From: Candidatus Poribacteria bacterium
GTDB lineage: Bacteria > Poribacteria > WGA-4E > PCPOR2b
Length of the DNA: 64,000 nucleotides
Reading direction: 5' to 3'
Assembly (NCBI GenBank): GCA_965198175.1
Contig: OZ240245.1
Span: 2,944,001-3,008,000 of the forward strand
Positions 10,188-19,876 of this stretch are shown here, piece after piece. How positions within the stretch are numbered: position 1 is the stretch's first letter; every line of letters begins with the position of its first letter. A model generated the notes under the pieces. It saw only the letters and a list, made by a program, of their open reading frames with translations, was not told where the DNA came from and searched no databases. The translations under genes were made by a program, and so were the position numbers.

Positions 10188-10865
10188 ATGGGAAAAGAAA
10201 CATTGAAGCAGCTCGCAGCAGAGACAGCTACCAAGGACGTGCTGGATGGAATGGTTGTCGGACTCGGTACAGGCTCAACGGTTTACTACGCTTTGCTGAA
10301 GCTAGGTGAGATGGTACGAGACGGTCTTGATATTATCGGTATCCCAACATCGAAACAGACGGAAAAAATAGCGAAGGCACACGGTATACCACTCTCAACA
10401 CTAGAACAGCATTCAGTTGTCGATGTAACCATTGACGGAGCTGATGAGGTAGATGGTGACCTTAACCTGATTAAAGGCATGGGTGGTGCACTGTTGAGGG
10501 AAAAAATTGTCGCCCACGCTTCCAAACAACTCATCATCGTAGCGGATGAAGGCAAACTAGTGGAGGTCCTAGGCACAAAATCTCCTCTGCCCGTGGAGAT
10601 TGTTCCATTTGGTTGGCAAACCACGCAACTTGCCCTGAATCAACTCTGTGACAAATTTACATTACGCCTTGTCAATAATGCGCCATTCGTCACCGATAAC
10701 GGTAAGTACATTTTGGATTGTCACTTCGATACCATACCTCATCCCGCGCAAACCGAACTGGTAATCAATAATATCCCCGGCGTTGTTGAAAACGGTCTTT
10801 TTGTGAACCGGGCAAACAAGGTGATTATCGGCGCTACGTCAGGTATTCAGATCAGGAAAAGGTAA
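10188..10865 (+). CDS. rpiA: Ribose-5-phosphate isomerase A
   Basis: GLGTGST, DGADEVD, IKGMGGALLREK, PGVVENGLF. Confidence 0.97.
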   Translation: MGKETLKQLAAETATKDVLDGMVVGLGTGSTVYYALLKLGEMVRDGLDIIGIPTSKQTEKIAKAHGIPLSTLEQHSVVDVTIDGADEVDGDLNLIKGMGGALLREKIVAHASKQLIIVADEGKLVEVLGTKSPLPVEIVPFGWQTTQLALNQLCDKFTLRLVNNAPFVTDNGKYILDCHFDTIPHPAQTELVINNIPGVVENGLFVNRANKVIIGATSGIQIRKR

Positions 10866-10866
10866 A

Positions 10867-11832
10867 TTGAAGAAATCTACTCAATTTAGTCGGTCGCAGG
10901 AGGGCACACTCAGTTTGGTACACGATGCAATACGTGTTGTGTATTGTGTATTGCGTGATGCTCCACCGCATACGGCTCGTCACTCACCATGTGCGATCTT
11001 ACTTCTTCTCTTTGTTTCCTGGTCCCCTTGTTTCCCGGTCCTACAACCCACTTGTTGGGCGGGACCGTATTTTCGAGAAAGTGGCCTGGTAGACATACCG
11101 ACGGGAAAAGTGGTCGAACATGGAATTTTCAACATCGGGACGTATTTCACTTTTCGCAACGAAGATACAATCCCACGCGATGAAGCAGCTGCTCGACTCG
11201 ATTTCGGACTTTTCGATAGGATTGAAATCGGTTTGACGAGTGCACGACTGAATCAGAAGAGCTATCTATCAGGGAATCTAAAGATTCTCCTATTCCGCGA
11301 AGCCGGCACAGTTCCCAATATCGCGATTGGTGTTGAAAACGTTGGAAACACGATTGAACATGGACTGAACGATTTAGTTCGCTACAAGCGACGGTCTACT
11401 TTCCTCGCAATTAGCAAGGTGTTTAATTTGCCCCGCATCCATCTGATTTCTGGACACATCGGTATCGGAAACCGCCGCTTCGTCGGTAATCTTGGCACGG
11501 GTAAGAGGTTAAACGGCGTGTTTTTCGGGATTAGCAAGGATTTCCAGCCCGCCTTCGCAAGGGGCGACCTCATTTTTAGCATTGAGGTGGATGGCAGAGG
11601 TGTTAACACGGGATTGAGCCATACGGCAAATAGCGGTCTGCAGGTTTACCTCGGTGTAGAAGCATTGAACGCACTGGCGATCGATCAAGAAGAAACCCGA
11701 TATCTGGCAGGTGTGGCGTGGACAAACCGTTCCTTGATGAAGCAAACCGAAGAAACAAAGCGGTTGACGGAACAAGCGGTTAAAATTGCGAATCAAGCCA
11801 AACGGAAGGCTGAGAAACAGTCAACAGATTAG
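10867..11832 (+). CDS. YjbH-like outer-membrane protein (start uncertain)
   Basis: Signal-peptide-like segment followed by SGLVDIPT and alternating beta-strand pattern; P-x-IAIG motif. Confidence 0.55.
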   Translation: MKKSTQFSRSQEGTLSLVHDAIRVVYCVLRDAPPHTARHSPCAILLLLFVSWSPCFPVLQPTCWAGPYFRESGLVDIPTGKVVEHGIFNIGTYFTFRNEDTIPRDEAAARLDFGLFDRIEIGLTSARLNQKSYLSGNLKILLFREAGTVPNIAIGVENVGNTIEHGLNDLVRYKRRSTFLAISKVFNLPRIHLISGHIGIGNRRFVGNLGTGKRLNGVFFGISKDFQPAFARGDLIFSIEVDGRGVNTGLSHTANSGLQVYLGVEALNALAIDQEETRYLAGVAWTNRSLMKQTEETKRLTEQAVKIANQAKRKAEKQSTD

Positions 11833-11978
11833 CCGTGTTTCTGCCATCTACTCACACATGCTGCAATGGTGTATATAGCGATTGGCTGCAATTCGGTAAT
11901 TACGTCTCTTATGTTGCCCTCTCTTATTAACCTCACTTAGGTCTCGGACCTGCGCCGGGTCTTATTCTCGTTCCTTGG

Positions 11979-12824
11979 TTAGACTTGTCGATTAACCCCT
12001 GCCTCGATAAAAGCACGAGATAACGCTTCATAAGAAAGCACCGCTGCCATGAGCGGATTATAGTTCTTGCGGCACTGCACCATCATACTTACTTCAGCGG
12101 TAATGAATCCGTCATAGCCGTGTGTTTGCATCGCCTGCAGGTACGTCACATAATCGAAATTCCCCTCCCCGGGAATGAGGAACTCAAAGTCCGGATAGCG
12201 TCCGCGTTGATCTTTAATATGAGCGTGGACGGCATGCGGTGCGAGGGCAGCAACGGTTTCTTCGATTGTCATGCCGACGATGTCAAAATGGCTGATGTCG
12301 AAATTCACCTTCAGGTTTGGCGAACCCACCAGCTTGAGCAACTCAATCATTTTATCCGGTGTATCAATGATTGCTCCGACGTGAGGTTCCATCGCAATCG
12401 TCACACCCCGCGATTGCGCGTATTCAACGAGCTCGGATGTCCGTTCCACAAGTAATTGCTTCCGATTTGCCCACTGGTTCGGTTTGCCGCCTGGAGTCGT
12501 GTTGATTGCAGGAACTGCATCTCCCTGCGCCAAATCCACCGCCAGATCTATAGCTCCTTTCAGTCGCCACACATTCTGTGCGTGCGCTTCTAAATCCGTT
12601 TCCAGTAAACTCGAATGTGCAGCAATTGCCGGTAACGCCAGATGATATTTCTTCAGTAAATCAGCAACCCGTTTACGCTCATCACTGTCTAGCGTACTCA
12701 ATTCCGTCGTGTAGCGCGGAATGACAGTTAGTTCAATACCATCAAACCCGAGTTGTGCAAGATGACGCATTGCCACATCAACGGGCACGGTTGGCATTCC
12801 CCACGTGCTATAACCGAGCTTCAT
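11979..12824 (-). CDS. Sugar phosphate isomerase/epimerase (xylose-isomerase-like TIM barrel)
   Basis: GFDGIEL, AMEPH, NFDISH, HAHIKD, GEG, GYDGFITAE. Confidence 0.9.
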   Translation of the reverse strand: MKLGYSTWGMPTVPVDVAMRHLAQLGFDGIELTVIPRYTTELSTLDSDERKRVADLLKKYHLALPAIAAHSSLLETDLEAHAQNVWRLKGAIDLAVDLAQGDAVPAINTTPGGKPNQWANRKQLLVERTSELVEYAQSRGVTIAMEPHVGAIIDTPDKMIELLKLVGSPNLKVNFDISHFDIVGMTIEETVAALAPHAVHAHIKDQRGRYPDFEFLIPGEGNFDYVTYLQAMQTHGYDGFITAEVSMMVQCRKNYNPLMAAVLSYEALSRAFIEAGVNRQV

Positions 12825-13627
12825 ACGTGCGCTCCCTTAGACCCTCGCGGCCAGACTTGCGGGAAATGCCGTCCCTTCATCTTTTCTCCGTCAGCTACTT
12901 CTACGAACGGCTTCATCACATGTTCACCGCTGGCAACATACCGTGTTTCCTGGGTCATATAGTGAATCGCAATAGCGCGTCGAGGTTGTCCGCTAGAATT
13001 TACGTGAGATGCGTGCCAAGTCAACCCGTGGTGGTAATGTACCTCTCCTTTCCGCACAGGGCACCGCAAAACCTCTACTGTGTGTCCATTGAACTCAGCA
13101 GGAATGTCCTCCAAACGCTTCAATGCCTGAAGGAACTCAACGTGATCGCCCCAGCGGTACGAACCTGACACCATACTCATGCAGCCATTGGATTCATCGA
13201 CATCGTCTAAAGCGATCCAAGCAGTAACTTCAGTCATCGGAAGCAGAATCGGCCAGAGCGGTGCGTCCTGATGCCATCGATTAACTCCCCCCACCTCGGG
13301 AGGCTTGTACTGAATCTGATCATGCCATACCCGCAACTCGGTAGCGCGTGTCAACTGAGCAATTTCCTCTACAATCTTCCGTTCACTCAAGAGCGCTCGG
13401 TATGCATCGCTCACCTCCCAAATATTGACAATTTGCCAGACTAACTTGTTAGGAGTGCTCGTCGCGTTGCGCTGCAGGAGCGGCTGCGGGGCATTGACGT
13501 TGTTTCTGTTATCAATGACTCGCGTTAGTTCACGTCGCAACACATCCACCTGATCGCGATCCAGCAGAACACCACCATTGAGGAACCCCCTTGCGTCGAA
13601 TTTCTCTACTTGTGCTTCGGTCAACAT
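12821..13627 (-). CDS. Phytanoyl-CoA dioxygenase (PhyH) family Fe(II)/2OG dioxygenase
   Basis: WHQD, WIALDD, NGCM, H.S..N.S..PRR motifs. Confidence 0.92.
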   Translation of the reverse strand: MLTEAQVEKFDARGFLNGGVLLDRDQVDVLRRELTRVIDNRNNVNAPQPLLQRNATSTPNKLVWQIVNIWEVSDAYRALLSERKIVEEIAQLTRATELRVWHDQIQYKPPEVGGVNRWHQDAPLWPILLPMTEVTAWIALDDVDESNGCMSMVSGSYRWGDHVEFLQALKRLEDIPAEFNGHTVEVLRCPVRKGEVHYHHGLTWHASHVNSSGQPRRAIAIHYMTQETRYVASGEHVMKPFVEVADGEKMKGRHFPQVWPRGSKGAHV

Positions 13628-13760
13628 CAGTTACTCCTTCCTATTCAATTCTAAATGCTATTGGCGGTTGCACGATGTATCGCAAGTGCAGTTAATGGCG
13701 TTTCAAGAAGATTTTGTGAGTGTGAAAGCCGTATTGACCACCGCATTACGGTTTACAGGG

Positions 13761-15047
13761 TTAGGAAAGACCTCCCACACTTCGTATTCCCAAACTTTCG
13801 TTGATTTCCTGTTGATAGGTATCGATCTGTTCGCTAATCACTTGGTCCACTGTAACAGGGCGACCGATATCATTGGATTCCAGCATCGCATACGAAACAG
13901 CAACAGACCGTGCACCTTGCTCGGCATCCACTTCAACATCCGCCTCCCCAGAGATTGCTTCTGCAAAGTTTCCATATTCAATAGCGATATTCTTTCGATC
14001 TGTTTCGGGAAAAGGGAATTGGTAATGCCACAGCCGATCGCCTCCAAACAAATCCGCTGTTATTGAATCGAGATGAAAATCGGGAACAAGATCTAGAACC
14101 CTCTCATCATCGATAACATCCTCACCCTCAATGTATAGAGTAATCGTCCCACCGCTACGATCCTGTGGCAGAATCACTGATCCCCGAGAGCCGTGAATGC
14201 GCCGTGTCCATAGGCTCTGACCAAAGCCGGCGTGATCTTCGATGTACTGCCCCACAATACCGTTTTTGAAGGTCAGTGTTGCATAAGCGGCATCTTCTGC
14301 TGAGGCTTCAAATTCGGCTGGCATCTGTTTCTGCCAATGTTCATAAACTCGACTAGGGTTAGATTCAGCGATTTCCCCTTCAGCCGCTGGGTTTTTACGG
14401 ATGCGTTCGTGCAGTCTCGTCTTCGCGTAAACCGTTTCTACCTCGCCCAGCAAGTGTTCCATCATATCTGTGAAGTGAACTCCGACATCTAGAAGTAGAC
14501 CGCCTTGGTTCTTTTGATGGCGCCACGCTGTGATTAACATCCGATCCCTGCCTCCAACAGAATGATGGAGGAGAAAGCGCGGATCTCCGATGACATCCGC
14601 GTTCAGAAGTGCTTTTGCCAACCGGTTGATGGGATCACGGCGATAATTCTCCGCCACACTCAAAATTGCGTTGGAGTTCTCTGCAGTACGCCAAATTAAG
14701 TTGCAGGCACGGACCGTAACGCCCATTGGCTTTTCAACCATCGTATGCCACGCCCGATTCAGCGTTTCAATGACGAGCACATGATGATATTGCGGCGTTG
14801 TGGTCACACTGACTGCTTCAACACCGAGCGCTGCCAATTCATCCAGATCGCTGACGACAATAGGCCGGGTTCCAAATTCGTTCTCAGCCTGATTCGCAAG
14901 GAATTCCGCGTTCTCTCGCACCGGATCGCATACCCCAACAAGCTCAAAGCGTGCCCACCCGATACGGCGGAGTTCTGCAAGTCCATACAGATGACGATGT
15001 CCCATACCCCCACAGCCGACAATAGCCAATCGAATTTTCCGACTCAC
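13761..15047 (-). CDS. Gfo/Idh/MocA family oxidoreductase
   Basis: IVGCGGMG, VEKP, GGLLLDVGVH. Confidence 0.92.
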   Translation of the reverse strand: MSRKIRLAIVGCGGMGHRHLYGLAELRRIGWARFELVGVCDPVRENAEFLANQAENEFGTRPIVVSDLDELAALGVEAVSVTTTPQYHHVLVIETLNRAWHTMVEKPMGVTVRACNLIWRTAENSNAILSVAENYRRDPINRLAKALLNADVIGDPRFLLHHSVGGRDRMLITAWRHQKNQGGLLLDVGVHFTDMMEHLLGEVETVYAKTRLHERIRKNPAAEGEIAESNPSRVYEHWQKQMPAEFEASAEDAAYATLTFKNGIVGQYIEDHAGFGQSLWTRRIHGSRGSVILPQDRSGGTITLYIEGEDVIDDERVLDLVPDFHLDSITADLFGGDRLWHYQFPFPETDRKNIAIEYGNFAEAISGEADVEVDAEQGARSVAVSYAMLESNDIGRPVTVDQVISEQIDTYQQEINESLGIRSVGGLS

Positions 15048-15240
15048 TGTTTCCTCTCTCTCTCGAACGAAATTAAGGATTTGGTTTGCCCATTATAACG
15101 GCGTCATAGGCAGATGTCAATGCCAAAAGATTCCAGGTCGGCAATCTATTGGAACTGACAATCGTCTTGCATTGCAACTTAGGTTTCTGATAAAATCTAT
15201 AAAATAAATCGAACTGACCCAATTGTGAAAGTGTGTTGTA

Positions 15241-15789
15241 ATGAAACGTGTGTGCGTATTCTGTGGATCAAGTTTGGGAAGGAAAGCAGCGTATGCCGAA
15301 GCCGCAAGGCAGTTAGGTCACGCCTTGGTAAGGAGAAACCTAGGGCTTGTCTATGGCGGCACAGACGTCGGCATGATGGGTGAGCTTGCCAACGCCGTCC
15401 TTGATGCCGGTGGCGAAGTGATTGGCGTCGTGCCTACGATATTCGTCGAGAGGAAAATCGCCCACGCCTCACTTTCTAATTTGCGAATCGTTAGCTCGAT
15501 GCACGAACGAAAAGGGCTCATGGCTGAACTTTCCGATGCGTTCATCGCGCTCCCCGGCGGATTCGGCACAATCGACGAATTTTTCGAGATGGTAACATGG
15601 ACGCAACTTGGTCTACACCGAAAACCGTGTGGTCTTCTGGACGTATGCCAATATTACAGCAAACTAGCGAATTTCCTCGATTATGCGGTATCGGAGGGAT
15701 TTATCAAGTCGCATCACCGTTCACTGATACTGATTGATGAAAGCCCGGATGCGTTGTTGAAAAAGTTTGACAAGTTAATGTCCCACTGA
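15241..15789 (+). CDS. LOG family protein (nucleotide monophosphate phosphoribohydrolase)
   Basis: VCVFCGS, LVYGG, MHERK, ALPGGFGTIDE. Confidence 0.95.
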   Translation: MKRVCVFCGSSLGRKAAYAEAARQLGHALVRRNLGLVYGGTDVGMMGELANAVLDAGGEVIGVVPTIFVERKIAHASLSNLRIVSSMHERKGLMAELSDAFIALPGGFGTIDEFFEMVTWTQLGLHRKPCGLLDVCQYYSKLANFLDYAVSEGFIKSHHRSLILIDESPDALLKKFDKLMSH

Positions 15790-15821
15790 ATTACTCACAG
15801 GATAACCGCGAGGAGAGTATC

Positions 15822-16841
15822 ATAAAAGCCGCTGTCTTTGAAGAAATTGGGAAATTAAGCGTACAGGATAAACCGGTCCCAACCCTCAATTCAGGCGATG
15901 TCCTTATCAAGGTCGACCTTTGCGGTATTTGTGCATCTGACTTAGCAGCGCTCATCGGGGACATCACCGACTACTCACCGCCCGTCGTCATGGGACACGA
16001 ACTCGCCGGGGTCGTCGTTGAAAGCCGACATCCCGATGTGGAAGTCGGCGGGAAAGTGACCGCGAATCCGATGCTCTCCTGTGGAAACTGTGATAACTGC
16101 CGCGCAGACCTAGACAAGTACTGCTCGAAGATCGAGGGAATCGGACATGACATTGACGGCGGATATGCCGAATATCTCCGGATGCCAAAGCACGGAATTG
16201 ATACAGGCAAGCTCATCTCCGTACCAGATACGATTCCGCAAGAAGAACTGATTTTTCTAGAACCGTTGGGATGCTGTATCAATGCGATGCGTGAAACAAT
16301 CTTCGATAAGAGCGTAGCTATCTTGGGCGCAGGTCCCATTGGCTTGATGTTTGCCCAACTAGCGAAAAAGGCGGGATTACAGACATTTGTTCTCGAGCCG
16401 CTCGCGCACCGGCGATGCGCAGCAGTTGAATTGAGCACGGATGCCACATTTGATATTACAGCGAAGCAGGTGGAGATGCTCATTGAGAAGACCAACGGCG
16501 GCGTGGATACAGTCATCTCTGCAACTGTCAATAATCAGCGCGCGATTAATCTCGCTTTCAAGGTTGTTCGGCGAGGCGGCTGTGTGAACTTCTTCGGACT
16601 GACACCGAGAGGGCAGGAACTGCGGATTGGCCTCGAACATTTTCATTACATGGGCCACAAGCTCATGGCATCGTGGGCATTCTCGCGCTGGAGTTTGAGC
16701 GAATCCCGTCGCATGATCGTTGAGCAGGAGTTCCATTTGGAACCCCTACTTACGGACCAATTTCGCATCGATCAGGCGGTTGAGGCGTTTCAAAATACAC
16801 AACAACACCGCGGCATCAAAAGTGTGTTCGTTGGCGAATAA
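15822..16841 (+). CDS. Zinc-binding alcohol/polyol dehydrogenase, apparently starting at ATA
   Basis: The frame is open upstream of the listed ORF: (M)KAAVFEEIG...CGICASD...GHE, CxxCxxC, GAGPIG; AGGAG lies 6 nt before ATA at 15822. Confidence 0.88.
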   Translation: MKAAVFEEIGKLSVQDKPVPTLNSGDVLIKVDLCGICASDLAALIGDITDYSPPVVMGHELAGVVVESRHPDVEVGGKVTANPMLSCGNCDNCRADLDKYCSKIEGIGHDIDGGYAEYLRMPKHGIDTGKLISVPDTIPQEELIFLEPLGCCINAMRETIFDKSVAILGAGPIGLMFAQLAKKAGLQTFVLEPLAHRRCAAVELSTDATFDITAKQVEMLIEKTNGGVDTVISATVNNQRAINLAFKVVRRGGCVNFFGLTPRGQELRIGLEHFHYMGHKLMASWAFSRWSLSESRRMIVEQEFHLEPLLTDQFRIDQAVEAFQNTQQHRGIKSVFVGE

Positions 16842-17237
16842 GTTTGCCAAAACCGGGCAATTTTGTTATTTTCACCCGCCCAAAGTGTGCTATGATGTCC
16901 GGCGTCGCAATAGGACAGAAGATCTCACGACTGCCAACTCCGGCAGTCGCTCTTATCCATTCCTTGAGATGGTGAAGTATTGTGGTATTTACGGAACCCA
17001 CAAAAAAATTGAATCTATTACATCGGGTTAAGGCAGCTTATTGAGGTGGTCGTAACTCGACGGAGGGACTTGTCGCCAGTGGACTTTACTTTTCCCAGTT
17101 GGCAATACCATCCTTTTAGGGAGGGTTGTTGCCGGATAAGATCGTGCACTCGGAGAATCCTTTAGAAACCATATCCTATCTATCAAGACCTAAAGACCAG
17201 AAGGACGTGGAAGCAGAATGAATGCAAGGAGGCAAGC

Positions 17238-17936
17238 ATGGAATTGCTGGATACAATACGGTACGTTGGTGTTGTCTTACTAATAATTACCTACGTATGG
17301 TGGGTAAAGGTGACGAAACGGCTTCAATCAAGCACTAGCTCGATAATCTCAGAAACGCGAAACATTAATAACGATATGAAGGAAACTCTGGATGACATGA
17401 AAGAAGACCGTGATGCCATAATACAAGTCACTGGTAGCATGGAATCTCATGCTTCGGCGTTTGAGGAAGAAATCAGAGAGTTTAAGGAGATATTCAACAA
17501 CAACGTTATGAAGCACGTTCAGTTGTTAAATCGAAAAGTTGAAGGACTCGGAGCACGATGGGGTATTCAAAGCGAAAATGCATTTCGATCGGGAATGGAA
17601 AGTATATTGACCGAAACCGGTTATAGTGTTGAGAAATATAGAAAGCATGACACAAAAGGGGTTGTTTTTGGTCACCCAGGTGAGGAAGTGGAAATTGATG
17701 TTGTTACAAGAAACGGCAGAACCTTCTTGGTTGAAATTAAATCCAGAATAGATCGTAGCGATGTCGTCACGTTCGACAGGCTTACAAAATTTTATGAGGC
17801 GGAGGAGAACCGAACAGCCTATTCAAAAATTCTGATTTCGCCATTTATTGATGAACGAGCAAAAAGACTTGCGGAAAAATTTGGAATAACACTGTGCACG
17901 GATACAACCGATTTTCCAAAAGACAACATTAGCTAA
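17238..17936 (+). CDS. PD-(D/E)XK nuclease-family protein (DUF3782-like) with N-terminal membrane helix and coiled coil
   Basis: LGARWG.SE.AFR motif, EIDVV...VEIKS nuclease core; hydrophobic N-terminus; AGGAGG RBS. Confidence 0.8.
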   Translation: MELLDTIRYVGVVLLIITYVWWVKVTKRLQSSTSSIISETRNINNDMKETLDDMKEDRDAIIQVTGSMESHASAFEEEIREFKEIFNNNVMKHVQLLNRKVEGLGARWGIQSENAFRSGMESILTETGYSVEKYRKHDTKGVVFGHPGEEVEIDVVTRNGRTFLVEIKSRIDRSDVVTFDRLTKFYEAEENRTAYSKILISPFIDERAKRLAEKFGITLCTDTTDFPKDNIS

Positions 17937-18046
17937 ATCATTGCATTGGCAAATTTCTTCCGACGGGGCTTGGGGGTTTAGGGCAACTGAATGCCCACCG
18001 AGAAGAGAGTTCCTGTCCCCGTCACCTTCTTACCACGGAGACATGA

Positions 18047-18580
18047 ATGAGCATTAACTGGACGGAGCTTCTCAAGCCGCCCGTGATTCCGAACCCCTGC
18101 ATCAATCAACGCCCGTTTGTGTGCGACGGCTTTCCTGATGAGTCCGAAGTGATTGTTATAGGTACAAATCCAAGAAACGATCTTGGCGTTAATTGGTGGG
18201 ATTTTTGGGACAATAGCTCTGGTTTTGACTACTGTCGTTTCTCGGATGTCTACCAAGAAAAGGGGGGCAACTTAAAAACTGGTACACGAGGGCGTTTCAC
18301 GCGAATCCGGTGCCAACACAGAATTAAATGTGTTGAAACCAATGTTTATAATTCTGAAGGCTCATGTAAAGGGAAGAAAGCGATTTCAAACCAAGAAATC
18401 TTAAAAATCCTATTAAGGAACATGCTGAACCTGAAGGCGGTTATCGCACACGGGATACCTGCACGGGACTGGACAGATGTCAACCAGAATCTAATCTGTG
18501 TCCCATGCCATCGGGTCGATCATTTCGGTACGCCCGTTCAGTTCAAGGAAAAAAAACAAAAAAATCGATGCCGACATTGA
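18047..18580 (+). CDS. Hypothetical protein, possibly uracil-DNA-glycosylase-like fold; possible frameshift extends it to 18626
   Basis: VIVIGTNP, VIAHGxxA and a late His (VDHF) are arranged as in the UDG superfamily; A8/A7 tracts near the 3' end. Confidence 0.5.
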   Translation: MSINWTELLKPPVIPNPCINQRPFVCDGFPDESEVIVIGTNPRNDLGVNWWDFWDNSSGFDYCRFSDVYQEKGGNLKTGTRGRFTRIRCQHRIKCVETNVYNSEGSCKGKKAISNQEILKILLRNMLNLKAVIAHGIPARDWTDVNQNLICVPCHRVDHFGTPVQFKEKKQKNRCRH

Positions 18581-18666
18581 TCGCATCTGTGAAGAAATCA
18601 AGAAAAAAGGTGAATATCCGGAGTAATATTCACTGTTCACTCAATTACTTAAAAGGAGTTTTCTCG

Positions 18667-18981
18667 ATGATAGTTGCAACATTGGACGAGGTTCGAGGAG
18701 AAATCCAAGAATGGATTGAAGAAGGCAAGCAGCTATTGCTTTATGGACACACTTTAGTAGGCACCATAAATAGCAGGTATAGCGCACTCCCACCCATCTC
18801 TAAGCACGATATGTCATTTGAACAGAATAATGCAGCCCGTAATTGGTCAAATCGTGCAAAACATCGTATTGGGGCGCTGTTGTTGACACCGTATCCACTT
18901 AATCATATTTCTGCCACTGACGATGTTGAGGAAAATGGTCAGAATATAAAGACCAACTTAAAGAAAGCATCAATAGCTTAG
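18667..18981 (+). CDS. Hypothetical helical protein; possible frameshift extends it to 19025
   Basis: AAGGAG RBS before ATG 18667 (MIVATLDEVRGEIQEWIEEG); alternative frame KWSEYKDQLKESINSLERLLGFLNPKEMEF* ends 2 nt before the next gene. Confidence 0.55.
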   Translation: MIVATLDEVRGEIQEWIEEGKQLLLYGHTLVGTINSRYSALPPISKHDMSFEQNNAARNWSNRAKHRIGALLLTPYPLNHISATDDVEENGQNIKTNLKKASIA

Positions 18982-19027
18982 AGAGATTGCTTGGTTTTCT
19001 CAATCCAAAGGAGATGGAGTTTTAACC

Positions 19028-19876
19028 GTGAAAGTTATCCTGAGCCGAAAAGGGTTTGACAGCAGTAATGGAAAGTATCCGAGCCCTATTTTGCCCGATG
19101 GTAAGATGCTTAGCTTACCAATTCCAATATCGGGAGACGTGCCCTATTGTGAGTTGGATGCGCCTGGAGGTAAGACTTACGAACAGGTCATTGAGGAACT
19201 TAAAGTCGATGCTCACATTGCAGGAAAAGGGGCTCACATGGATCCGGATTTGGTTCGAACTGCACGCGACCGTAGCCCCGGTTGGCGTCCAGCATTTGGA
19301 CAGAACGACAAAGCACAAAAACTATTATACAAATACAATGTTTCTGAGGGCGATCTATTCCTATTTTTTGGTTGGTTTCAGTATACCAAAAAGCTTAGCA
19401 ATCAACTGCGCTATCAACGTGGCAGTCCCAAAATCCATGCCATATTCGGCTACTTAGAAGTTGGTGAAATTTACCATGTCAACGAGGAGGCTGAACTCCC
19501 CAGTTGGTTGGATTATCATCCTCATGTGATAAGCCCTGATCGTGGCAAAATGAAAAATAACACAATTTATGTTGCCACGCCAAACCTAAGTTTTCACCCA
19601 AGTTACCCTGGTGGCGGTGTCTTTAAGTTTGATAAACAGCTTCAGCTAACGAAGAAAGGCGAAAGCAAAAGTCGCTGGGATCTTGATCCAGAGATATTTC
19701 AGCACCTGACATTTTCATGTGATGAAAACAAAAGGAAAGAAGATGTGTGGACAGGAGAATATTATCAGTCCCCCCAAACCTTTTGCCAAGAAATTGTCAT
19801 ACCTGCGGATGAGGATGAGGGCGTTACTCACTGGGCAATCAATCTCATCAAGGAGTCCCGCCTCTGGTCGGATTGA
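19028..19876 (+). CDS. Nucleotide-modification-associated domain 3 (Nmad3-like) protein
   Basis: ILSRKGFDS..G..PSPI.PDG..LSLPIP, H.DPDL, AFGQ, GDLFLFFGWF, H..FGYL. Confidence 0.8.
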   Translation: MKVILSRKGFDSSNGKYPSPILPDGKMLSLPIPISGDVPYCELDAPGGKTYEQVIEELKVDAHIAGKGAHMDPDLVRTARDRSPGWRPAFGQNDKAQKLLYKYNVSEGDLFLFFGWFQYTKKLSNQLRYQRGSPKIHAIFGYLEVGEIYHVNEEAELPSWLDYHPHVISPDRGKMKNNTIYVATPNLSFHPSYPGGGVFKFDKQLQLTKKGESKSRWDLDPEIFQHLTFSCDENKRKEDVWTGEYYQSPQTFCQEIVIPADEDEGVTHWAINLIKESRLWSD

